Assembly (NCBI RefSeq): GCF_000143415.4
Contig: NW_003314361.1
Coordinates: forward strand, 1-64,000
Direction of reading: 5' to 3'
From: Selaginella moellendorffii
Taxonomy: Eukaryota; Plantae; Lycopodiophyta
DNA: 64,000 bases
Shown: positions 36,824 to 49,361 of the stretch, piece after piece
Numbering within the stretch: position 1 is the stretch's first letter
How the letters are laid out: every line of letters begins with the position of its first letter
Notes under the pieces: model-generated
Databases searched by the model: none
Told to the model about the DNA's origin: nothing
The model's input: the letters and a program-made list of their open reading frames with translations, nothing else
Translations under genes and position numbers: made by a program

Positions 36824-38737
36824 TCTGAAAGTGTAGAAAAGAAGTTAAGACCATACAAAAAATGATTGGAGAATGGCCTAAATCATAACATACCAAACAA
36901 CCTCAATAGCATGAGGCCACATGCCATTATTCAAACATGCTATTGACACCCACGTGAAATTTCGCATTCACAAAATTGGCATGAGGCCTCATGCCATCTT
37001 GATATACACATAGTTGCAGGCAAGTAAAAACATACATGACAATACTCTAGCTATGAAATTGCAAGGGCCCAAGATGGCATGTGGCCTCATGCCATTTCTA
37101 AATGTGGTCCTAAGCCATTCCATGGTGAATATACCAGGAAGCACAAGTGCCGAATATCAAGAGGAAGCGGTAGCCACACCAAAGACAATGCCGCTCGCAA
37201 CACCGCAACTACTCGTAGCGCCGCTCGCAACACCGCAACTGCTCGTAGCGCCGCTCGCACAAACTGCCACTCGCATAAACTGCCGCTCGCAATGGCGCTC
37301 GCAATGCTGCAACCGCTCGTAGACGCATAAACCACAGCTCACAACGCCGCTTACACAAGCAGCGCTCACTGCGCTCAGCGGAACCAAGAACACGGCGTAC
37401 AAAAATGATAGACCTAGGAATGAGTTCGAGAATTCAAAAATAACACACGCTTGAACGTCACATCAAATCCTCTGACAAACCAGATCTTATGACTCCTCTG
37501 ACAAATTTCAAACTGAGTAGCTTCTAGACTTTGTTGTCGGAAGTTGAACTTTGTCACATCATGTCCTTGCCTCGATCCAGCTGTGCCATGTCAGTGATTC
37601 AAACTTTGCCATGCCATGTCAGCGATCCGCGCCAAGATTATTCGCCGTGTAAAGGAATAATTATGTTGTGTGTGTACGTCCATTTATGGCAATATAAGGC
37701 CACACGCTATTCAAAGAATAATGCTAGTCGAACATTTTTTGGTGCATTTTTGGGTTCAAAATTGCATGAGCCCACACGCTATAAAGTTTACCTGTACCAA
37801 AAATAGAAACAGTTTTATTTACTTGAAAATTTAAGTGGTTGAGGCATTTTTAAACTTACAAACACATGCCCTACTTACATTCCTTTGGTTGCTTAAAATT
37901 CAAAAATATTATAAACCTTTCTTTTTGCATTTTCAATGTTTTCAATTATGGTTTTTGATTTTCGCAGGACCAGCCTAGTAATCTATTTGCATCCCGTCAT
38001 GTTTATAGCTAGCTTTCGTTTGTCCCCTTCGCTAGCCTGAGATACATCTGCTCGGCATCTGCCTCTTACAGCATTTGCCCAGAAAGGGCATCTTTCTTCA
38101 CGCAGCATTTGCCACATGTTTAGGGTTTAGGGTTTAGCAATTCAGTAGCTTGATAAACATGCAAATACAGAACTTGATGCAAAATCCTTTGATATGTCAG
38201 GACCATAAACATATTTCAATAGAGAGGGTCCTTTCATTTCATAACTCCTTACGTAGATCTTGGTGAAACCAAAGTTAGTGAAGTTGGTTTCTTGTGATCC
38301 CGCATCTGATTGTGATGTCCCTTTGCAGTGTCGATGGAAAAGTCAATGCACACTAAACTGTAGAATCTTGGAGCAAAATAACGGTCGGATCTATGGCAAA
38401 TGCCCCTGAAACATTGTAAGGCTCGTGTGGTCTCATGTGGTGTTCGATCGAGATGCTTCTTTGCAGGGTCATCAAGAAGGACATTGTATACCATTCTTTA
38501 TTTAGCTGAACATTTGGCATTTTTTGAAATACAAGATGCTTTGGAATATCCAATCATGCATGGTATAAATATAGTGAGGGTATTAAATGATATCCCAATC
38601 ATGATCTTTCTTTTGGATTTCGCGTGCATGCAGTCCGAGGAATGATGATGTTGCGGATTTCTTTTGGATTTCACGTGCATGCATGCGCGTGGCAATCCAG
38701 AAATTAATGGTGGCGCCTAAGTCCGAAGAATGATGAC

Positions 38738-41700
38738 GTGGCGGGATTACCAACTGTCGTGACATTTCGTGCGTGTGAGGTTAGGTTTTGCATCGTACTC
38801 GCGCTCGCATCGCGCTCCCACTCGCGATCACGCTCACATTCGCGCTCATCTACCTTCTCTACAGGTTTCTCGTGTGCATCGGCGTCCACTCGCGCTTGCA
38901 TCACACTCGCGCTCGCATCACGCTCGTGTGCATCGGCGTCCACTTCAAGACACACCCAGTTTGTAACTTCGCCGCCACCTCCGCCGCCCACTCCACCACC
39001 CACACGCAGCCCACTTGGTGTCCCGGGAGGTTTCAGCGCCACTCTCCAACTGTAAGTGGCAAAGTAGCCTTGCTGCTACGATCCGCTGCACACACAGTGC
39101 ACATTCGCCAGCGAGTCCGGCCTCGATTGTCACGCCTCCATTCGGCTTCAAATGGTAAGTCTTTTAGGCCAAGTAGAAAATGGCATGAGGCCACATGCCA
39201 TTCAGTAGCAACATTGGCATGCACCATTGGGCTCTCGAGTGCAGTCCGGTTACAGATGGCGTGTAGCCTCACGCCATCTTAGGATGCAGCCTCAAGACAT
39301 CTGATGCAGTGGTGAGTGGCGTGTGGCCTCATGTTATTTCCAGCTGCTAGCTTTTCATCTGTTAGCTCTAATTGTTGTGCATTTCTGAACAGGCGAGGAA
39401 TTGCGTTCTTCTTCCAGCCACTGTCAATGTGGATGCAGAGAAGGGGGAGGAGCTCACTAGTTGGACTTTCGGGATGGAAGGCGAGGATCTGAGGCTGTAC
39501 AACACAGATGGTGGGAGAAAAGAATGCATGGGGATCCTCATCCAAGTGACAGACACTCCATGCAGTTCCATGCAAGAATATGGATTGGCACTTGTGGTAG
39601 AGATAGCGTCCGCCTTCAAGATCCACCTTGCACATCCTAGCGGCTTCCCGGAGGGGGGCAACGGCTATGAGGAATTCCTAGAGGGAGATAGGGAGAGGTT
39701 GTCCAGGAGGCCCACAATTTCAAAGACGCTGCGGGTCTATGAAGATCATATGGAATCCACGATCCTCACCTACGACGATGTTCAAAAATTATATTCCAAC
39801 ATTGAGCCGTTGAGAGTGCCTCCAGTTCGCGAAGCGAAGGGGAAGGGGGTCGATCTGGAAACTACCCCAAAGCAGAAAAGGGTGGTCAAGCTCAAGCCGA
39901 CGTCCGACTCTCCTGCTCCAAAAAAGAAGCTACTCGGTGATGCCATTGCCTCGGGTTCGAACACTACACCCACCAAAAAGAAGAGCCGCAAAGAGCAGAA
40001 AGAGCAAGAAGAGGCAGCAAAAATTGTCGCAGATAATAGTACTTGTTACTATTCCAACAAAGTATATACAATCGACGTGAGCCGTATCGACATCCAAAGC
40101 AAATACAACCACAGGCTAGTATCTGATGAGTGGGTGGAGAAACTGAAGCAGAAGATGCTGGCAAGTCCAGTAACACCCGACATCGCAGACGTGATCCCCT
40201 ACTACCGAACAATGAAGGGCGAGACGAGGTTTCCAGACTTGATCAATAGGAAGGTGTTGGACGATCAGAACATTCGGTTCTATGCCGTCTCCGGGCAGCA
40301 TTCTAGCTTGGCGATGCAAGAGATAGTTGTGGATATTATGGTGGGCGAGGAGGTGAAGAAAGTCTTCAAGACAAGAGTTGTCCGCTTGATAAAAGGCAAC
40401 TCGCCCCTCTGATCTATCATATACATCTCCCACGCGCAGAATGTCAAGCAAGAAACGTACTACAAATCGGGTATGCACGAGATATTGGCACGAACACGGA
40501 AGCTCTAGGTTCAACTGAAGAAGCCACAAAAACCAGGACAAGGACATGCACTAGCAACTAGCGCATGGCAGGTAAGCCTCGTTGCATGTGGCATAGCATG
40601 TGGCCTCACGCCATTTCCATTGCAGGAATTCTCGAGTCTTCTCTCGAAAACACTGGGGGTCAATGACACACTCAGCATCTATAACATTCTACTTGCGACA
40701 AAAGTTGTTTTTGACAAATGGGTAGATGTGCTGAGGAAGTACCATGACGGGGAGTTGCTAAACTCAATGGGTGTGGAGGACGGCCAGAAGCCCAATGATT
40801 TGAAGCTCAACGCCTTGCGTTTCTCACGGTCTCTAGACGACGATGACCTTCTGACAGTGGCTAATGCTCTTCTACGTGGTGAGGTAGTCTTCAACAAGAC
40901 CAAAATGACTCCCGGCCATATTGTGACATACGAGGACTTGTGCACGACTCTGAGAGCTCGTGCGCTATTGAAGGATTGGATCTTCGAGCAAGTGGCCGTG
41001 GAGAGGGTGAGCATCGACACCACGCAAGAGATGATGGAAGAGCTGGAGTTGTCAAATGAAGACATCGACGAGTACGTGAAGGGGGCCCCCAAGTTCATCG
41101 ATCTACTGCGGGATGCCACAAAAAGTAAAGCTGAGAAGTTGGATCAGTATCCAAATTTCATTAAGAGGGATGTCGACCGCTGGCTTCAGAAACAGCTTGA
41201 CCCCGCAGCAGAGGCCTATCGAGAACCTTACCGGGTATACGTGAATTTGGATGAGGATCAAAGGTGGAGGAGCATCGTTTCCCGCGGAGATGAGCAGGTC
41301 AAGAACATCTTTTGTGTGATGGACTTCACAAACGAGGAGATCACTCATGCAGACGAAGTCAACTCCATCATTGACTTAATAGTGGGACTTGCAGAGGTGG
41401 AATCTTCAGTCCACTATATGATCTACGACTCCGAATCCTATCACAAGTTCTAAAAGGCCTTGAACGAGGTGAAGGCTTGGTTGAAAGGCAAGGAGATGCA
41501 GGAGATCCATGGGATAATGGTTAAGAAGAAGATACTGACGAATGTCCGCATCTTCACACTCGCCCTTGTTATTGGTCCTACAGCAGAGTGGGACTGGAGT
41601 GACTTCCCAGCTTTGTTCGACAAGGTCGATCGAATTGATCTGAGGGAGGTCAATTTACCCGTGCCTGAGGAACTGAAGACGGCTATGGAGCTTTCGAATC

Positions 41701-44700
41701 CAGAGAAAGTTCCAGGTGCAGCATGGGAAATGCTCAGCTGGGTCTTCAACGCAATAGCGGGTGGGTCACCTGCTTCCAACTCCAAGGGCAAATGCGTTGT
41801 CGAGTACAACTGCGGCGGACTATTCTTTCGAGCTGCACTACTCAAGGGTGTCCCGTGTGTTGCGGTGACAAACTCCATTGAAGAGGTAACTTCAATGGAG
41901 CATATAATTACAGTTGCCAAAGAAAAACAGTATCTTCTCTGCGAACTTGGTGAGTATGCACTTTAAGTTTAAATGTTATCTCACAAGCTCTATATGCAGG
42001 AGCGTGGCCACCCCCAGATGCTGAAACGGCGTTAACAGCTACTGTTGAAGATACCCATGTTGGGCCGAGCTCACAACCTGCACAAGGTAAGGTCACGTGA
42101 GGCCTCACGCCATTTTGATTATAGATCGTTGTGAATATTCAGACACGAGGACTGAAAAGCACACTGGTGGTGCGTCGAAGAAGGACAAACAGACAAGCAA
42201 TAGGAAAAAAGGAGGTACAAATTATATTTGCAATGGCGTGTGGTCTCATGCCATTCCTTGCAAGAGACACTTCTTCAAAGGCAAAACAGGCAAGCACCAG
42301 CCAAGCTCAAACTGACAGTGGTCATAAAAAGCGAAAGCACGTTGGACAGTCGTCGGGATCAGAGGCGTTTGATTCGAAAAGGAAGAAGGGCAACGAAAAG
42401 ATGATAGGTAATGCCTCGCGGTTATGGTGTGTGTGCTCATGCCATTCATTGCAGATCAAGGGCTGAGTGAAAGCAGCCAGTCACCACCTCCTGACTCAGA
42501 TTCCTATGGCGGACTCCCCTTCCCCAATCTCAATGGAGAGGTACAATGGATGAGGGATGCTTTTCAAGTCAGGGCCACGTTTTTCTCATCTCGTCGTCTT
42601 CGAAGGGTGCAAGAACGTGCAGAAACCATGTTAAGACAGTCGGGTGAGGATACGGTCCTAAGTCACGCACTAAAACAGGCTATGGATGTCTTGTATTTTG
42701 AGATGGAGACTCGGCCAGATGATTTTCCCAAGATGGTCCTAGAAGAACAAGCCATCCAGCCTGAGCAGCCTATGGAAGAAATGCAGGAGGGGGATGAGGA
42801 GCCAGAGAAAGATAATGAGCAGGAAGAGCAGAAGGACAAAGAGGAGGACAAAAAAGAGGAGGACGAAGAAGAGGAGGACGAAGAGGACTTGGATGGTCCG
42901 CACAATGGTGACGATCACAATAACGACGATGACGATGATGACGACGATGGCCAGCCTGAGGTGGCCAAAGAACAGCGGAGGAAGGTCATACAAGACAAAC
43001 CATCAGGTAAATAATAGTACATCCATTCCTAACCTTTTACCATTTCTAACATTGTCCATGTAGGTTGCAAAGCAAATGGTAAGTAGAGATTATTCAGTTG
43101 AATTAAGATACAAACTCTAGCCTTTAGTCTCGAGGAAGGATAGTGCCAAGCAAGGGTCGAAACGTATGTCCAATCCTTCAGAATCAGCAGTGCGCCCAAT
43201 AGCAGTTGATGGTAAATACAGTATAGTCGATTCAATGTGCTAATGAGTTTGTTTTTAGTAGCCAGTAGGGAGGATACCATCTCAATCGAAGGGAGATATT
43301 TGGACATGCATATGGATCCGCTAGTGGACTCTACTTGCCTGCAAGAGTCATCAGAGCTGGTGGAGGCTACTATCCATATCAACGCCAAGCAAGCTGACCA
43401 CGCTCCACTTGATGCTGCCCATACCACTGAGTCAATCTTGTCCACGTATCCAACTGACGGTGACCAGGCACCATTGGACCCGCATGAGGCCGCCCCAGTC
43501 GCCGAGCCGGTCGTATCCTCATTTCCAACGGACTCAACGTGTGCTCAATCGTCTGACTACGCGCCATTGGAACCTCCCTACACCGCCCCTACTACCTATT
43601 CGGTCATGTCCACTTTGCCAATGGAGGCACCAGCTGAAATGGCGTGTGATCACACGCCATCGGAACCACCCCATGCCACTGTTGAGCCAGTTGTACCAGA
43701 GTCTACAGCTGAAATGGCATGTGCCCACACGCCATCGGATGCGATTGACCCCACATTGCAGAGGAGAGTATTTCTGCCCTTCACGTTTCCTCGACCAAAA
43801 CCCTCTCAACGACCATCGGGAGCACCATTCGCTAATATTGTAGATGGTAAAATTGACTTGTACCATTTTTTATGCTGACGCATTTCATTTCAGAGTCATA
43901 GCGAAGGTACTGTATCGTTTTTGATCTGAACGGTGTCCTTTTCTCCCATGAGCGTGGCTCGTCCTCGAATGTCACTGCACCCTCCAAAGCCTGCGGTCGC
44001 AAGTTGGTCAAAAGAGACAGATTCACATTAATCACACGGGAGAAACTGCGGGATCTAATAATGACCATGCGACACTTAAAACAGATGGCCGGGTTCAATT
44101 TGCAATTGGGAGTTTGGACATCCATGATGCGCCACAATGCATTAACGTTGCTACAGATGATGCACGATCAGACGCGAGTAATATTACCATTTGACTTTCT
44201 CCTAACGCAGGAGGATTTCTTGACTATGGTCCATGTGAGGGGTAGCAAGCCCATCTTCGTCAAGCCAGAGGCTGTAGTGATGAACCGGACTGCTAGGTCA
44301 AGTGAAATCCTCATCATCGATGACTCGCCGATTAAAACTACAGCGAACACGCACACATATGCAGTGCACCCCATCTCTTGTAGTATGGAAACTAGGGAGA
44401 AGAAACCGTATGTTCTGGGGGACCTTGCAAAACGGCTTAAAGCGATGGTGATAGAGAACCGGCCAGTCCAGGAGGTGGCTGCAGAAATCAACCAAATGGA
44501 AGATGGAACGGTATATCAGAAGCCATTTGATCGGACAGACACCAGTCATCATTTATGGCATGTATATTGTCTAGCCAAGCACTATCCGCATCTCCATAAT
44601 CTGCTCAACCGGATGGGTTCTTCGACCACTGAACATGAGCGTGGACGTATTAGAGAAGAGATGGCATTACTATTGGGTTTAAATCCTGATAGTGTGGAGA

Positions 44701-44756
44701 GTGATGAAATTCCAAGATTATTGTATAGGCGTTGGAGGCAAAAAATAACAGTCTGA
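38738..44756 (+). pseudogene. Multi-exon transposon cargo gene(s): RS/Pro-rich region, ParB-like domain, degenerate MTase-like fold, acidic tract, FCP1/NIF-like HAD domain
   Basis: NHRLVSDEWVEKL...FYAVSGQHSSLAM (ParB-like); KCVVEYNCGGLFFRAALLKG (degenerate motif I); IVFDLNGVL, GVWTSM and ILIIDDSPIK (FCP1-like, ~43900-44756). Short GT-AG introns (40572-40625, 41950-41999); in-frame stops at 40410, ~40506 and 41451. Confidence 0.6.
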
Positions 44757-47700
44757 GATGGCATGTATTTATTTAAAAATTTAACTTATTATGGCATGGG
44801 GTTCCATGCCATTGTATTAATAATAAAAGACAATTCTTTGAGAGGATTTGCATTATACTAGAAGTGTTACAGCATGTTATTGGAAGTCTACGAAGTTGTT
44901 TTATTAATAAGGGGAAAGTAAAGATTGAATGGGGACTTAGGCTCCACCTAGACTCGGAGCAACTGAGCCAATATTAAAAGGATGGAAAGAAATTGGACGA
45001 CGATGACAAGGAGAAGAGAGAGGTGAAGCAGTGGCAGGGGGAGGAGAAGTGATTGAGTAGACATTTCCTTGTTTAAAATAAAATGGCATGTGCCTCAATG
45101 CAGTTGAATTTTGTTATATTTATATACTATATAAAGGTTTGGAAACCTTATTTTACAAGTGGGATAATGACAATTCCCACTTTAACGAAATAGAGCTTCT
45201 TGCGCAAATGCACCCTATGCTCCTCCATATTCTTGCTAAAAACAAGAATATCATCCAAGAAAATCTCCACAAACTCATGAAGATAACGCCCAAATACCTC
45301 CGTCATCAACCGAGTAAATGTGGCCAGTGCATTCGTCAAACTAAACAGCATAACTGTAAACTCAAAATGTCTGAAGTTTGTGTTGAATGCCGTCTTGGAG
45401 ATAAATGCATCATCCATTGCAATCTGATGATATCCACTCCTCAGATCAATCTTGGTAAACACTTGTGTTTCACCAAGCTTGTCCAAGATATCATCCACAC
45501 GTGGCATCGGCATCTTATCCTTCACTGTCTTCTTGTTCAAAGCGCGGTAGTCAATACACATTCGCATTGAACTGTCCTTCTTCTTCACAAGCAAGACCGG
45601 AGCACCAAATGGAGACTTACTTGGCTGAATAAATCCAAACTTAAGTAACTCCTTGACTTGTCGTTGAACTTCTTGCTCCTTCGCATAACTTAACCGAAAT
45701 GGACGCCGGTAAATTGGCCGCGTCCCCGGCTCCAATGTAATCCCATGCTCCACACCTCGTAATGCAATCCATGAGGAAGTTCAGATGGAAAAACATCAGA
45801 AAACTCATCAAGTACATCCCATATTGCTGCTTCTCCCCCACACGTGCCTTGGTCTGCAAGTAACTCAAAGTAAACTCGAAAGTGTTTTTCCATTACGACA
45901 AGCCTACTTCAAAGATATAGCAGAGAACATAACAACTGGTGGCTGAACGCCCTCGCCAAACCACACATCTTTAATGCCACCATACTCTAGCGAGATACGC
46001 TTAATGCTCCACTTTATCTCTGGATCCACCTTCACCAACCATGGCATCCCAAGAATGAGATCCACACGATGGATATCCGTGAGATAAAAAGTCTCCACAA
46101 GTGTGGTTTTGCCAACCAACACTTCCAGCCCCTCGACACAAGCATCGAAATGCTGAGCAGAGGTAGCTGCACCCTCCACTGTGTATGGAAGAATGCCACG
46201 TGTGACCAGGCCATGCTCCGCAACAAACTTTGCCGAAACAAAGTTGTCATCGCTCCCACTATCCAATAAAATCCGCACTGGACCGCCATGGAACATGCCC
46301 TCCAGCATTAAAGCTGATTCACGCGTATCCTCAAGTTCCATCTTGTTCCACACACAGTTGAGTTGACAAGCAACGGTTGAAAGTCACTTCCTCCGACCGG
46401 AATGGTCGTTCTCCTCATCCTCGCGCTGCAAAGTTTGCAACTTTTTAGTATCTGACTTACCGTGAGAAAAAGATTGGCCATTCTTCTTTTCCTGCTGCTT
46501 GTTCTTCAACTGCGGACAATCAGCCTTGGAGTGTCCAAGTTCACCGCAATGATGACAACCCTGTTTATAATTCTTCACAAAGAACTTCTGCTTCTTGGAC
46601 CTCTTTGTATCTGAGGTAGTCACCACCAACTTCAACTTGTGATGCTTGTTCCCATCCTTGTGTCCACGGTGATCATCATGACGATTCTCGATAGAAGGAC
46701 TCCGCGAACGCTTGCGAGACTTGTGCTTATCATTGTCAAGTCGACGAGCTGCATCAAAGAGCTCCTCCAAACTCTTTGTAGGCTAAGAATGACACAAGTG
46801 TTGCCGCATGCTCTCACTATGTAGGCCATCAATGGAGTAGGACTTGTTCTGATCCGGATCCTTCGTTGGAACACGACTAATCAAGCGAGTAAGCTTCTCA
46901 ATATAATCCCCGAGCGTCATTTTCCCTTGCTGGAAATGGCGAAGTTTTATACGAGCATTCTCCACATCGTAATGAGGGGCAAAACGTAAATGGAAAGTAG
47001 CCTCAAACTCATCCATGGTAAACACTGGTGGTTTCTTATCCGCAACATGGGACTCCTTAAGCCAATTCCACCATCGAAGACCCGCATCACGCGAAACCAT
47101 CGGAATAGCCACTAAAGCCTCTGCATCTAGAGTTCCTCTAGCAACCAAGAACTTCTTCACATTGGCTAGCCAAGCGAGACACTCGTCCACACCACCATCA
47201 CCGGAAAAAGTTGGAATTTTGAGTTGATCTACCAAAGAAGGCTTACTTGGAGCGTTACCCTGTCCAGCCTCGAGTGCCTCAACACGCCCACGCATGGTAT
47301 CCATCATGCCATGCATCTCGTCTTGCATCTCTTGCTGATTTTGATTAAGGCCTTGCAGCTCATGAACCACATCTTGAATGGTCCAAATCTCCATAACTTC
47401 GCCGGCACCATCGTTGGCACCACCATCGATAATAGGATTCCAGCGTTCAGCTTGGTCGGCCATCGCAACCAACTCCTTTGATACCAATGTTATGATCTGG
47501 CACAAAAAGACAAAAATCTAGTTGCCCTAGACTATGCTACGCCACCTCTTGAGGTTCCTCACCACCCAACCACCCCCGAGCTACCTCAAAAGCTCCACTG
47601 CGCCGCCGCTCCACTGTGAGCCCTAGGGTAGGTTAAGTCCCTTACCTTAACATGCTTTAATATACCCTTGAGCCTCCCTTTGACCGACATTGACCACGTA

Positions 47701-48939
47701 GTCAAAGCTGGCGCCTAACAACAGAGTAGGTGTCTCTGTTTCGAATCTGAACTGGCAGGGCTTGCATTCTGTCATGTGAAGCTCATATGTCCCATCCGGC
47801 CCTGTCAGCACTGGCGGCAATGCATTGTAAGCATCCTGGTTCCATTGCAGTATGATTGCCACTCTGCCCAGAAAGCATAAGAGCAAGTCCTCCTTCGTGA
47901 TCTGCTTTCTGTTGAGGAGAATGACATAGTTGAAGCAGACTTTTACTTCCAGTGGTTTCCCACAGCTTGGTCACAAAGTCCCAGAGCTTGATGGGGTGAG
48001 TAAACTTATTGACACGTGCTTGCAATAGGCATGTACTGCCAGAAGCAGCACAGTCCGCCCAACTATTGCCCCTCCACAGCATACGCATCTGCAAACCCGC
48101 TGCACCACCTCCAGCACTGCATTCAACTGATATGTATGCAGCTGCCTTCCCCAATATAAGCTCCAACACATCTGGCTCGCCACGTGTCACTATGGTACAT
48201 CCTCACATACGTGAGTTAGCTTCACACCATCCCAGTCCTGTCCTGGACCCGGCTTGGACTCGTGCACCTCCCCATTGAGTTTAAGGTAGCTGGAGAAACG
48301 AGCAGGGAAGTCACAGAACTAGAGTTTGACTGCGACACCGGGCAGCACACGTCGATGGCAGACTCCGGTGGCAATGGGGACGGCGGTGATGGGAGTTTGG
48401 TGGTGCAAATCTTGCGGTTCGATCAACCTTGTGACTGGTGCCGATACCCAACACTGTCTCAGTGGAGGAGCTGAGAGGAGCATGGTGACGGCACTCTTGC
48501 GCCCTCACACGACATGTATGTTTGTGGTATGTATGCAACTTAGCTGCCTATCTCATGTCTCTCTCACGCAGCACTTCCTGCAAGCTGGCACGACACTCTT
48601 GAGGAACTGACCCAGGGTATGCCCCCGTTTGGTCCGTCACTGCCAAAATCTTAAGATAACCACTTCACATGACCGTCACCACTGTCTTCCCTTGGGATGA
48701 TCCTCTTAAAACGCCTTGCAATCGATCTGCTTGGATTCTTGTTGATAGCCGATCAGGAATGGATGCTCACAGCAATTCAAACCGCCAGGGACTTGTCAAG
48801 GCCTCTCTCGGCCGTGCTTGAGTATGCATCTCCAACCATAGTACATCCAAAAGTTGACTATGCACAGAGTGTCAAGGAGGCACTACAGGTGGCCTGGGTT
48901 CGCCCCTTGCAAAGTGTTGGACTACGTTGCAGAGGTTAT

Positions 48940-49262
48940 CAATGGCTTGTTTGACGAGTGGCACAACGATACGGGGCAGCTTCCGGCATGGACGATGGTG
49001 CTGCAGAGCTCTGGGTGGGGAAAGTCAAGAACCATAAGAGAAGGGCTTCCATGTAGTGTACGTGTCCTTTCTCAAGATCGGGCATCCCGGATCGAAGTAC
49101 TGTGGTGCAGCAGCTGATTGATAGCAAAATGGGCAACAATCCACGTGCCATGGCAGCATGGGTTCTTGCCATTTTAACTCAGATCAAAGAGAAATCTCCA
49201 AAGGGAATGAAGGAGCAGTCAGAGCCATCAGAGCCACATTTTGGAGAAGTTGTGGCTAAAAG
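48940..49262 (+). pseudogene. Fragment of another P-loop NTPase (Crinkler-type QSSGxGKSR)
   Basis: WTMVLQSSGWGKSRTI Walker A variant; frameshifted. Confidence 0.4.
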
Positions 49263-49361
49263 GTACGTGACTATCTTCTCTCCTATCTTCTCCTTTTACT
49301 TGGTGACTTCGTGCTGTTGGTCCTTAGGTGTATCTGCCTATCCTGCAGGTTAGGCATATGG

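Larger units (their letters stand above)
32373..45198. mobile_element. 12.8-kb TIR DNA transposon (Sola-like)
   Basis: 24-bp TIRs AWGCTCTATTTCGTTAAAGTGGGA (32373-32396, 45175-45198; 23/24 match). CTTG is duplicated at 32369-32372 and 45199-45202. Removing the element restores the gypsy RT sequence seen uninterrupted at ~51740-51785. Confidence 0.92.
29995..47720 (-). mobile_element. Decayed Ty3/gypsy LTR retrotransposon (family A, copy 1), split within RT by a DNA transposon
   Basis: 233-bp LTRs at 29995-30227 and 47488-47720; PBS TGGTATCAAAG at 47476-47486; PPT next to 30228. Gag (CCHC), protease LLDSGS and RT FLDD at 45199-47460; RNase H and integrase at 30290-32372. Flanks ATGGA/ACAGA are compatible with an ACGGA TSD after CpG decay. 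Confidence 0.92.
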
